From NCBI GenBank assembly GCA_963693365.1, contig CAVNZM010000017.1, positions 3,701,375 through 3,765,374 of the forward strand: a stretch of 64,000 bases of DNA, written 5' to 3'. The position numbers and the translations under genes are program-made. A model generated the notes under the pieces. The model saw only the letters and a program-made list of their open reading frames with translations, had not been told where the DNA came from and searched no databases. Source of the stretch: Amoebidium appalachense. Taxonomy: Eukaryota; Protista; Ichthyosporea. Shown in pieces: positions 12,746 to 25,453 of the stretch; positions within the stretch are counted from its first letter, which is position 1, and each line of letters begins with the position of its first letter.

Positions 12746-13392
12746 GCTCGCAAAGCCAGATCCGATTGCGCGCGATCAAACTCTGTCTAGTGACTGTCGC
12801 CTGCGGCAACATACAAGGTATGCTAGAGGCCGCAGGGAGACAGCACTCAGAGTGGCTAACTTGCCAGGGTTCGGAAATCTGATCAGCTGAAGCCCCAGTC
12901 TACGGCTAGAGTCGAGCTCGGCTAGCGCTAGATCGGCTACAGCATGAACATGCTGTAAGAACGGCTGTGCCCCAGCCCCCAGCCCCCTCCCTCCCCACCC
13001 CCTCTCCCCGTGGCCAAGTCGGGCAACACCACCACGACATATGAGCTCGTCCTCCCACTGCTACACACGAACATGCTTAGTTTGTTACGTGCATGTTGCT
13101 CCCTGAGGGCGGTACAGCAGGGCAGTACCCACCCAAAGGCCTCGAACGGCGGCAAATTTGAACTTGGTAGAAAGAAATACGGGCCAGTTGTGTGTTGGCA
13201 CTGCCTGGGCACACACAGTACAGGACCTGTGGGTCTATAGCCCAAAAACATAAGGGCAATGTGCTGTTTATTAACGACATGTATGTGTGCTGTGATGCCT
13301 CGGTGCCTGCACATGGCTATTATTATACTATGTATGCAGATAACGACACAAGATAGACATCATAAGTGGAGATAAGTGGAGATATACTTTTC

Positions 13393-13437
<45 letters not shown>

Positions 13438-13440
<3 letters not shown>

Positions 13441-13889
13441 AGCTATTATAGCTATTCTGTGCAGTAAACCTTTTGAAGTGAGATTCTGTCTTATGAATTT
13501 TGAATCATTTCTCTTGCTTTCTGCAGAATAGCTTCGTATTCAAAGATTCTGAATAATTCTGCTCTTACTGCATAATTCTGCAAACTTAACCAGGATAATC
13601 AAAGCCTTTTTGCAAGATTACTGGATATTCTGATTTGCGTGCAATAATTCTGCTTGGAGGATTTTAAAAAGTATTCTGCTGCCGGCCACTAGCAGGTATG
13701 ATTGCGCCTTTGCAGAGTAATTCTGCTCTCGGCAGCGTGATTCAGCATTGCGGCGGAATAATTCTGCCAAGGGATGATAACTCTGCTGTATGCTGAATCG
13801 TTTCTGCTGTCACACACAAAATTTGCAGAGTAATTTGGCTCGCAACAAGTTTGTTCTGCAGATGTGGTTGGGGCCTTTATATTGCTCTG
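13438..13889. repeat. AT-rich element built from about a dozen degenerate GCAGAATAATTCTGC palindromes or half-sites; possible non-autonomous DNA transposon
   Basis: Examples include GCAGAGTAATTCTGC (~13712), GCGGAATAATTCTGC (~13753), CTGAATAATTCTGC (~13549) and AATAATTCTGC (~13643). The ends CAGAGC...GCTCTG form a weak inverted repeat. Confidence 0.55.
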
Positions 13890-14787
13890 ACCCAAACAAA
13901 CCGCCACGGCATGTATTATTGCTTAGTATTGCACTATCTGGTCAGGTGCGCAGTGACACACACAAACTTTTAACATGCATAGTGTTACTGGCAACGGTTT
14001 GACGCGCACACCGATAGACAGTGCTAATTATCAATCGCACACCCGCACAGAAGAGTTTAGCACATACTCCCCCCTCCCATGCCCCCCCCCCCCCCTTCTC
14101 CCCCCCCCCCCCCCCCCCCCTCTCCCCCCCCCCCCCCCCCCCCCCCACCTCCCTCCCTCCCTCCCTCCTCCCCTCCCCCCCCCTCCACGCTCCGCCCCTC
14201 TGCTCTTCCACTCCCGGGCAGCCCATCCGGCCCCCCACCCCTCCCCCTTTACACATACACAGGCATGCGCGCACGAACCCCAATTCAAATCCACATGGCT
14301 TGCCGGCCGATGGCCGGCTCGTTGATTACTAGTGCATAGACTCTATTTGGGAACTATAAGGTCTTCCTTTCCCCTGGACCCCCCTTCCCCCCCTCCCCCC
14401 CATCCCTCCCCCCCCCCACCCCCACCCCCCACATCACCTTTTTTCCCCGAAGCTCCCCCTCGAACCCAACCAGCCCTCAACTCAAGTTGAAACGGCACCA
14501 CGTAGTTTCAAATTCCCCCAGGGCCGCCGCTTGAAAACTGTTATGCTTGCAAACCATCGGTACATATCATCTGCGTTCGGAACTCCCCAGCACCTTCAAT
14601 CTCGGTGATCAAGCTCCTTGAAGTAGGGCACTATGAAAGCCTCCTCAGCAAGTCAGAATTAACCGCAACAGATGTATTGTAGTTTATTCCGGCAGTGGGC
14701 ATCTTTCCTCTTTCTGGCCCGAGGGCGGGGGGCGGGGGCGGGGAAGGGGGGGGGGGGGGGGGAGGGGGGGAGGGCATTATCTCGTAC

Positions 14788-14832
<45 letters not shown>

Positions 14833-15531
14833 TATGGTGTGAACTTCCAGCAGAGTACATGTGGAAGAGTACCGTGACGTGTTATGGGCACTCATCCTGT
14901 CGGCGAGGAGGTGGGCAGGTGGCTAATGTGGAAAGGGTGATCAGAGGGTGTCGGTGCCTCGTAGATATATGTTGATCGAGGAGCCTAGGAAGTGACACAT
15001 TGAGGTGAAGCAAGGAAGTAGGGATGGGGTGGGTGTTTGTATTTGTGTTTAATGTGTCTGTGAGGAAGGAGGCGTGGGATGGTGGGGAGGGGGGTTTGAA
15101 GAGAAGGGTTGGGGTGAGGTAGGGCGTGTGTGTGTGCCCGTGGGGGGGGGGGGGGGGCGAGGGAAGGGGGAGGGGGGAGGGGGGGGAAGGGGGGTTGTTA
15201 CTTACAATTCGAAGCAGAAAAGGTTCATGACAAAACTCGCCATTTATTCAAATCTTCAGTCTTTCGGAATGCAAGCAACAACCCAGCAGCCAGGCTGGGC
15301 AAGGGCCACCCCACGGAGGGGCCCTGCTATATATAGAAATATAAAGTATACGAGCCAGATGTGGCTGGCAGGGTTATAAATTCATGCCTTCGCTCATGGT
15401 TCGAACTAAATTCTGCGACGGGCCTTCACCAATGCTATGTGGTTGCACCGCCAGGGTTGTAAATATGGTCCGGGCGAAATGCATGCCCAGGTGTCTTGGT
15501 GGCTGGCTTGCAGGCCACCCAATAGTGTTGC

Positions 15532-15775
15532 TTAGTTGGAGCATTCGGTGGCGCTAAGCGTCACCGGCTGGGCACTGGGGGAGGGGAGGGGGGGAGTTAG
15601 TATTTGAGTATTTGGGCGCCATTGCAAAGGATGTTGGTGGTTAGAGCGAATTGCGAAAAAGGCAAGGGGGAGAGTTGTGTCGTGCAGTGAGGGCAGTGAG
15701 TTCTGAGAACAGAAAAGAAGGGTAGAAGGATGCAAGGGTGGGGGAGTGGGGGAGGGGTTGGGTAGGTGTGTGTGT

Positions 15776-15818
<43 letters not shown>

Positions 15819-16205
15819 CGAGGGGGGGGGAAAGGAGGCAACTTACATGGCGCCAGCCTGGTTGGTGCATGTCTTGTTGGCCACCACCCGGTACACAGCC
15901 GTCTGCAAAGAAGGTATGGGTCAGACTGGGGCACACAGGATCAAGCTACAAGATCCCATAAGTACACAACAGGCAACTGTGATGTGTTAGTACAACAACA
16001 GGCAACTGTGATGTGTTAGTACAACAGGCATCTGTGATGTGTTTGATTCTGCCGGCGCAATGTATGTGTATATATGTGTGTAGGTTGTAGGTTGTGGGTG
16101 TGGGCGTGTTTTGTGATGTACACGTCGTACCAGGGCTCATTTGTGTGTGTGACCGTGTGTGGAAAGGCTGGGGGAGGAGGAGGGGGAGGGGGGGTTAAGG
16201 CACTA

Positions 16206-16241
<36 letters not shown>

Positions 16242-16244
16242 GGG

Positions 16245-16278
<34 letters not shown>

Positions 16279-18205
16279 ATCGCCACAAACATACATTAGC
16301 GTTTGTGGCGAAGTTATCCGAGTAGTTGCCGGCCATGACCACAGCACCACCAGTCATGTCCTTGATATCCACCACCCCCCCAGTCACGGCAGCCTTGTTG
16401 CCGTCAAACAGCCCAGACAGCAGCAGCTGGCCCTCCCCACTGAGCGTGGGCAGAGCAACAACACCACCACGGTCACCCTGCAGGGATATTGGGGTCAGGG
16501 GGCTGGCGGTGGACTGTGTGGTGGACGTGCCATTCATGCTCTTGATTCCTAACCAGAGAGTGTATGCTTTTATGGTGGACGTGCCATTCATGCTCTTGAT
16601 TCCTAACCAGAGAGCGTTTGCTTTTATGCCCAATGACACAGCAGAACACGATTGGAAGTTTGGGGGGGAAGTGCTGCTTTCGTGTGCAATGGAGACCAAG
16701 GGGCGGAGAGAGGGGGGAGGGGGGAGGGGACAGAGGGGGGGGGGGGGGGTGTTTGAATGCGTCAAAAAGTACGAAGTACACAAGAACAAACGGATAACAC
16801 GATGCAGAATGCAAGCCATACATAAAGAGTATGCATAATAAGCAGAGCCCATCCTCAGGGGGGGCCCACGTCATCCACAGTACCCGAGTTTCGACGGGGG
16901 GATGTGATGGGGATCATGTAAAGTAGAGTGCGAGTGTGGCAGGGAGATGGGGAGGAAGGGGGGAGGTGGGGGGGGGTTTATTACAGGAAAGGGGGGGGGG
17001 GGGGGGGGGGGGGGGGGTTGTAGAAAGAAGAAAAGGTGCTGTGTGAAAATGTTGTAGGGACACCTACGGCCGTGTTGTTTGTGAAGTTGCCGCTCAGCTC
17101 CATGCGGCCAGCACTGCCGTACAGGGAGAAGAACACCCCCCCGTTGGCCTCACGGTCTGTGGCGTTCTGGCTGGCGGGGGTGATGCTGATGTTGAGCCTC
17201 TGGGCCCGGTTGCCGCTGAAGGACCCACTGAACACGGTGTTGCTGCTGTTGGTCACAGTGGAGGGACGGAACACGGCACCGGTCTGGTGGGGTGGGTGGC
17301 ATGTTAGTGGGGTGTTTGGGTTGTGTCGGCACATACCACGTGTGTGGAGTGGCTAAAGGTCGGCAAGAAGTGCAGGAGAAAAGTCGAGTTGGAAAGCGTG
17401 TGTGAAAAGTTGTCTGAAAAGATCTATGTGCAGAGACGTGTGCAGAGGTGTGGAAAGATGTGTGTGCAAACATGTTTATGCAAACATGTTTACAAGTGTG
17501 TATGTATGCAAAAGTAGCCTCTAAAGGCCATGGGATCACATACCGTGCCGACGTTGTTAGTGAAGACGCCAGGGAAAACCATTGAGCCCTGGTGGGTGTC
17601 CACGGCCACCACCCCGTGTGCAGCCGTGTTGCCGCTGTATGTGCCGTTGAGGCTGATGCTGCCCGTGGGACCAACAGTCGTGGCCCACAGCACAGACCCA
17701 CGCTGAGAGAGGCACGGGGTAAGTGTGTGTGCGCAGAAGTGCATGTTCTACTGTGCGCTGGAAGCTACGAGCATGTTCCACTTTAAAAAATGGCATGGGG
17801 ATGCAGAAACAGGCTACATTTGGCACTCACAGAGACAGTGGGGGGCCATGCAGCGAGTATTAACTTACCGCGGCAGCGTTGTTTGCAAAGTTGCCGTTGA
17901 GCATCATGTTGCCCCCAACCTCCTTGTGCACGTACACGGCACCACCACGGCCCTGTGCCACCCAGGCGTCAGTAATCATTCCCTTTTGTCCCAGTGCCAG
18001 GTCACTAGGTTTTTGCAGGGGGTCGGTTCGGGTGGTGGTGGTGACGGGGGAGGTGGGGGGGGGAGAGGGGGGAGAGGGGGAGGGGGGAGAGCTGGAAGGA
18101 CTTCAAAAGGAGAAGGACGGGGCATAGCAGAGTAAATGGGGTGTTGGATAAGTGGGTGTTCGCAGGAGGGTGGGGGCGGGGGGGTGGGTGTGTGAGTGTG
18201 CGTGC

Positions 18206-18272
<67 letters not shown>

Positions 18273-19807
18273 GGGGTAGGGGGTTACGTGGGCACGTGTG
18301 TGTGTGTGTGGAGGTGTGGCGGGGGGGGGGGGAAGGAGGGGGGGGGTGGGGGGGGGGGGGTTGTTACGTACAGCCTTGGCCTGGTTCTGTGCAAACTCAG
18401 CGTTTATGTCCACCGTGGCACCACTGGAGACGTGGTCGAAGGCAACGGCACCGCATGCACCCTCGGGGTCCGTGCATGTGCAGTTGGTGAACTTGCTGTT
18501 CTTGATGGTCACGGTCTTGGGGTCGTGCACGTACACGGCAGACCCGGGCTTGTTCTGCAGGCAGAGATGATTTTAGTGCAAGATCAAAACACAAATGGGT
18601 GCACATGCCAGACTTGAGCTATGCCGAGAATAAGTGAGACTGTGCAACCAAGTAACAGCCACAGGAGCCAAGCCGACTGTACAAACACTGCGGCAACCCA
18701 AAACTTCCATGGGAGAATAGGCCGACCAAGCACACACCATCACGCCCATTCACACACATGGCTGTGCATGCACCCACCTGGCGGAAATTATTGAATGTCA
18801 TGTCCTGCAGCGTCATCTCCGTGGCCTCGGTAGACCCCAGCAGGCTGTCTGGGCCTGTGGTGCGGATGGCCGATGCCGGGCCAGCCTCAGGGGCCAGCTG
18901 CATGTCAAAGCCCGTCAGGCTGATGCTGCGCCCGTTGGCCACCACCAGGGCCGCATCTATGCTGCCATTAGCTGCTGGCGCCACCGTGACCATGGGCCTA
19001 GTGCCGGTGGCGGCCTTGATGTTAACGTTGCCGTTGACCACCAGCGGCTGCGTGAGGGTTGTGCTACCGGAGAGAACAACATTGGGGGATGGGCTGGCCA
19101 CGGCAGCATCGAGAGCAGACTGCAGGTCTGTGTAGCATTTCTGCACCACCCGATTTGTCAGTGTACAGCCTCTAATTATGCAGCAGCCACATGCACAGAA
19201 TATCACTGCCGAGTATACTGTGGCGCTCGAAAATCAGGACAGAGTTTATGCTCATAGAAAACAAGACCATATAGTCACAGTTGTTTTGTGTCTGTAATAT
19301 GTCAGATTACGTGAATGTGTGCACGACACTCACCGAGCCAGATGTGGCGCCATTGCAGTCGGTCTTGCACGTGTTTGCATCGAGGTACATGCCCTCGGCA
19401 CATGCGCTGCACACAGATCCCTGGGGGGTGCAGCTGACCGTCTCACAGCCCGTGATGGGGCTGCATGCTACCGAGGGAGACGAGGACTTGTTGGCCTGTG
19501 TGATGCCCACGGGTACCTGCAAAGACACTCGGGTTAGAACCGGATTCATTTTGTATACAATATGCCCATTGAGCAACCCATTTAGAATGGAAAACACACA
19601 TTAAGAATACTTTTATTATATCTGTCTTGTCTTGCACCAACAGCACCACAATGCACAGTCAAATGCCTGCATCCAACATTGCCAAACAGCGAGACAGCGG
19701 TACAGGGCGGGAGCACCTACGCCAATGCAGACAGCAGCAACGACCGTGGCAGCCACGGCACCAATGATGATCTTGCGCTTGCGGTTGTCCTGTTGCGACC
19801 GGCCCAT
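15532..19807 (-). CDS. Type II membrane protein with a Cys-rich segment and a right-handed beta-helix (pectin-lyase fold / Pmp-like GGA-FxxN repeats), about 10 exons
   Basis: The N-terminus has basic RKRK followed by the TM segment IIIGAVAATVVAAVCIGVGAPALY. A Cys-rich stretch reads CSPITGCETVSCTPQGSVCSACAEGMYLDANTCKTDC. Repeats include FAQNQAK, GRGGAVYV, GNFANNAAA, GVFTNNVG, GSFSGNRA, NGGVFF, GNFTNNTA, FDGNKAAVTGGVV and NYSDNFA. The protein ends AQPVTLSATECSN*. Confidence 0.75.
16750..16896 (+). repeat. Best-preserved copy of an unnamed dispersed intronic element
   Basis: TTTGAATGC..AGTACGAAGTAC..CGGATAACACGATGCAG..AGTATGC..ATAAGCAGAGCCCATCCTCAGGGGGGGCCCA.GTCATC..GAGTTTCGAC. These blocks are shared with 34160-34335 and other copies. 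Confidence 0.8.
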
Positions 19808-21196
19808 CTCGGCTGCAGGGAAAGTGCTGTTAGCCAGTGTCCACCATGTGTGCCAGTGTCAGTGCATATGGTACTGCTCCGACAATCACTCAAGCCTTCC
19901 ATGGCCACCCACACCCTAAACTTCGTCAAAGGTCAACCGGTGCTCTCATGCAACACCGTTGTCCTGTATAGAATTGCACCGAGTACTTAATAAAATCAAA
20001 AGAAGAAAAACATTCATTATCCTATTGTAGCACTGTGAAGTCAATTTCAAGTTCAAATTTAAGGTGAGCCAGTTGGCCATGTGCATGCACAGGAGATAGG
20101 CCTGAAGTCTATCAGCATGCAAAGTCGAGTCGGCAATTGGATGCAACTATATTCTACGGGCGCTAAGGGCGCAAACATGGGAGCAGCGTACCCTTCAGGT
20201 CCACAACATCCTCGCGGGCATTGGGCTGCACCATTTTCTCACTAGTAGTGTTGTGTAGTGTGCGAGCGTATGCAGGAGGATAATGCCACGAGGATAATGC
20301 CACGACTGTGCCGTCTTATCGTATATACCCGCACCCGAAAGCCATCTAATCGATGATTGGCTGGCTAGGTTATTCCTACAGCTGATTGGTCTCCGGCTTT
20401 TGTTCAAAGCCCATATATGGTTATCATCTGGCGCTATTACGGTTCCAAAAGTGGAAGGTTCGGCCTTTTCAAACCCTTGACACGTTCCAAGCGCGCTCAA
20501 GATGGTCTGTTTATAAGTATGTATTGCCCGAAATCAGACAGGAAATATTGTAAATGACCTTTTTTCATAAACCTTTTCGCTGCTAGACATATCATTGAAG
20601 CAGTTCATATATATACATATATGTGAACGGGGAACTACTGGCGCTACGATTATCTACGTGCAGATGACCGATCGCCACCACCCTCTGATGATGTTTGCAT
20701 TGCCAGATGATTACGAACCCCGACAATTGCATACATACCTCTTCTTGGCGCCGGCGCGCCGCCCATGCAGCGGCTCCAGCCAGCCTGGCAGTGCCACTGG
20801 GCCAGCCCCAGCCAGCCCCAGCTGTACAGCCTGCTACAATATACTATATTAGCGTTTCTGCTAGCGTCAACTGCAAGTCGCGGACTCGCGGTTGAACAAG
20901 ACTGGTTGAACAGTTTCTGTACGCCTGTGCTTGGCAGTACCGGCGTGTGTGCCCATGTATGTGTGAGTTCGTAATTGCGAGCTCTAGGTTTGAAGGAGAA
21001 TGAGTCTAAAGAGGGTGGGTGATGGGGGAAGAAGAAAAAGGAGCGCGGCGAAGAGGGGGGATGGGGGAGAGAAGAGGAGAGGGAGTGAGCGCACGAGAAA
21101 AAAAATAGAGAAAGAGAAAGGGTGATGAGAGGAGAGAGGGAGGGGGGAGGAGAGAAAGAGAGGGCTGTCACAGTAGAGAGGGAGCTCCAGATATCT

Positions 21197-21664
<468 letters not shown>

Positions 21665-21919
21665 ATATTGTATTGTATGACGGAGAGCTCAGGGGGATGC
21701 TACTTGTACAACACCGATCGCGAATGCTAATCTACATGTATCTGGGAGCCCGGCAGGTGCCACTGCCGGTAAAAACACTGATAATGGGTCCTGTAACAGC
21801 ATATCAGATGATAGACGCCAACCACTTTGAAGTTCCGCGCCACACACACACCGCGTGCGCCGAGGTTGGGTCCCAGAGGAGGGGGGCAGGGCTGGCGCCG
21901 GAGGGGTACGTACGGCGCG

Positions 21920-21951
<32 letters not shown>

Positions 21952-22292
21952 AGGGGGAGGGAGGGGGGGAGGGGGGGGGGGGGGGGGGGGGTAGGGGGAG
22001 GAGGGGGGGAGGGAGAGGGATTGCTAGCGGGCCGCCAGGCCCGGACGTGTTGAGTTGTGAGTGTGAAACAAGCCAGCCGCCATGGACTCAGTGATCACGG
22101 GCAGATTAGCCATGCCATATAAGGCAGAACCGCCAAAACACCCAGCCACTGACGTCATGCATTCTGTGTCCGACACAACAACTTGGAACCTCTTCCGGAA
22201 CATCATGTCATGATCAGAGTTGGAACACTCAAGCGGTTGAACCTTGCGGTTGAAGTTTCAAGGTATCTCGCTGGCTGTGGCCGTGTGCAAGA

Positions 22293-22504
22293 ATGAAGAT
22301 AGTAGACAAGGTCAACGCCATACGCGCCACAGAGGCAGAGGGCGACCACAGAGACCTCTTCTCGCTCGAGTTCTTCCCCCCCAAGACCGTCCAGGGTATG
22401 TAGAGACAGACGGAATAGAGGCAAGCAGCGCGCCTGTATGCCTGTGTGCCCCCGCTCCCCCCCCCCCCCCCCCCCCTCCCCCCCTCCTCCCCCCTCCCCC
22501 TACC

Positions 22505-22555
<51 letters not shown>

Positions 22556-24042
22556 CCTTCCCCTCTCCTTCTAACTCCTTTCGTATAAGCACACACGAAA
22601 ACAACCCCACCCTCACCCCACCCTTTCAGCGGGCAACGTTCTTTGCAATTTTATTTAGCAGTTCAATTGGAAGAAGGAAAACATGGCTGTGGACAGCTGT
22701 CTAAAACTCTCTTTGCGGCTGGAACGTTCGTTTATTGTTTGAAATTAGACAAGGGCGGCTAAGGTGTGTCTTGGCTCCACCGTGCAGGTGTGCAGAACCT
22801 GTACGACCGGCTGGACCGGCTGGGCAGCTATGGTACGTGCCCTTCCGTGTGTCTGTGGGTGCACAGCCAGCAGCTAACAGGAGCACACACAGGCCCACTC
22901 TTTGTGGACATCACCTGGGGGGCCGGGGGCTCCAGCACAGACCTGACCACGGAGATATCCCGCACAGCACAGAATGTATTCGGTGCGTGCACCCTGCCTG
23001 TGTCGTGCTTTTGACTATATTTTCCTTGTGGGGGAGGTGTGTGTGTGTGTGTGTGTGTGTGGGAGGGGGGGGGGGGGGGGGGGGAGAGAGGGGGGGGAGT
23101 GGAGGGGATAAAGACGTTTTTGAGACACTGCAAGCCGCACTATCTTCTTTCTGTTTGTGTGTGTAGGTGGGTGGGTGGGGGTGGGGCTGAGGAGGGGGGT
23201 TGCTGAGGACTGGTTGCATAATGTTCCCATTTACATATTAATCCTTTGCCCTCATCCCCCTTCTGTCTCTTGCCATTCAATTCGCCACAGTAAAGGATCC
23301 TCTGCCCTCTGCCTTTTGTCACACGCAGTAGGGTTGTCACTGACACCCAACCTCTGGGCCACCATGCAGGGCTGGACACTATGATGCACCTGACGTGCAC
23401 AAACACAACAAAGGAGGCTCTGCGCTCAGCCCTCCAACAGGCAAAGGACTTTGGCCTGAAGAATATTCTGGCCCTGAGGGGAGGTGTGTGTGTGTATGTG
23501 TGAGGTGTGTGTGTGTGGGTGGGTGTGTGGGTGTGGGTGTGTGTGTTTGTGTGTGTGTATGTGTGTGGGTGTGTGTGTGTGTGCGGGTGTGTGTGAGTGA
23601 TGGTGGTGGTGGTGGTGGGGGGGGGGGGGGGGGGAGGGGGGGGGAGGGAGGGTTTTTTTTTGGGTGGGGGGGGGGGGACTTCTTTCCTCCCCCGCCTCCC
23701 CCCCGCCCCTTTTTGGAGGGGGGAGGGGGGAGGGGGAGGCTGGGTGACCTGTTGCTTACCTGGTGTTGTATCAGTGGTGGGTAGGGAAGTAGGGTTGGAG
23801 CTGAACTTTGATGTGTGGGGTGGGGGGGTGGGTGGGACCTTGGTGGTGTGTGTTTGGGGGTGGCACCGGAGTTATTATGGGAGTGTGGGCCTTTTACAGC
23901 AGCAAAGGATAGTGGAAAGCACAGGGAATGTGGCTTTGGGGCAGGCGTGGTGTTCTGTGGATTTGGTGGTCGTTAGGCGGATACGTTGGTCTTGGTTTGT
24001 GTGACACGGGGGGATGAGTTGGACCAAAAAGGACGGTAGGAA

Positions 24043-24079
<37 letters not shown>

Positions 24080-24498
24080 TAGTGTAATTTCTTGCCAGCG
24101 GCGATAGGAGGAGGTGGCCCCGGGGGGGGGGGGGGGGGGGGGGATGGTGGGGGGGGGTTTTCTTTCTTTCTTTGGTTTTTTCTCTCTCTCTCTCTCTCCC
24201 CCCCCCCCCCCACTAAAGGGAGCGCGGGGGGGGGGGGGGGGGGGGGGGAGGGGGGGAGAGGGGGGGGGGGGGGGAGGGAGAGGAGGTGTACCTTTCTTCC
24301 GGAGTAAAGGGATGGAGGAGTGGTAGGTGCATTCAGTCAGGCTTGAGGCTGATGGGGTGTTGGTGTAGATCCGCCACTGGGCAGCAAAAAGCGCAAAAGC
24401 AGTGATGATGATTGTCAGTATGCGGTGGACCTGGTCAGGCTGATTAGGGAGGAGCATGGCGACCACTTTGGGGTGGCCGTGGCAGGTGGGCCAACTAG

Positions 24499-24538
<40 letters not shown>

Positions 24539-24560
24539 ACACACACGCACACACACGCAC

Positions 24561-24619
<59 letters not shown>

Positions 24620-25298
24620 AACAAACAAACACAAACAGACTTGACCTTACACTCACACTCAGAGAGAGAGCGGGGGAGAGAGAGAGAGAGAGAGAGACAT
24701 AAACACACACATGGACACAAACACCCTTGTCGCCCAACACACACAGACACACGCACAGATGAAGACACTCACGATGACTCAACAATCACAAGCAGCGGCC
24801 ATGCACTCTAAGTGCGCACATCATAGCTCCATCCACAGCATGCACACATGTGCGCAATGCAAAAACATGTGACCAGTACTAACCTTGGAGTGTGCAAGCC
24901 ACAAATTCCACAATGAAGATCTGCGCCCATACCTGCTTATGGGACTCTGAACGGGTGTGCATTTGACACCAGAGAGCAGAGAGCATGCATGCACACTCGA
25001 GGCCCCATCCTCCACCATCCTCCACCTCCCCCACCTCTCCCCCCCTTCCCGGCCTTACTCCCTCCACCCAGCCTTTCACCAAACACGTAGCAGTAGAAGC
25101 CTACACGGGGCTAGGAGATGAGGCTTGATTCTTGCTGTGTGACTGTGGGGTGTGGGGGCTGACGGTGCCTGTCTGATTGGCTAAGCTGGGGTGACCAGGG
25201 TTTCCGGAGGGCCACCCGGAAGGCAGCTCGTATGCTAATGACTTGGCCAACCTGAAAATAAAGGTGGGTGGATATGCTCTGTCTGTCCACACACACAC

Positions 25299-25379
<81 letters not shown>

Positions 25380-25381
25380 AG

Positions 25382-25453
<72 letters not shown>

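Noticed and set aside
12800-13320. Possible small gene between the CCAAT cluster and the palindrome array
   Set aside because: There are short ORFs on both strands with no recognisable motif or consistent exon chain.
15395-15410. GGTTCGAA B-box-like motif (also at ~38108) as a tRNA
   Set aside because: No cloverleaf or A-box at the right spacing.
15961-16616. Short intronic direct repeats (about 3x29 bp at 15961 and 2x40 bp at 16521; similar at 28622, 30220, 53030/53322 and 54395)
   Set aside because: These are ordinary local slippage duplications with no sign of function.
16769-16782. ACGAAGTAC as nanopore adapter contamination
   Set aside because: Only about 9 nt match. The rest of the element resembles no adapter I know, and the copies are diverged and occur in both orientations.
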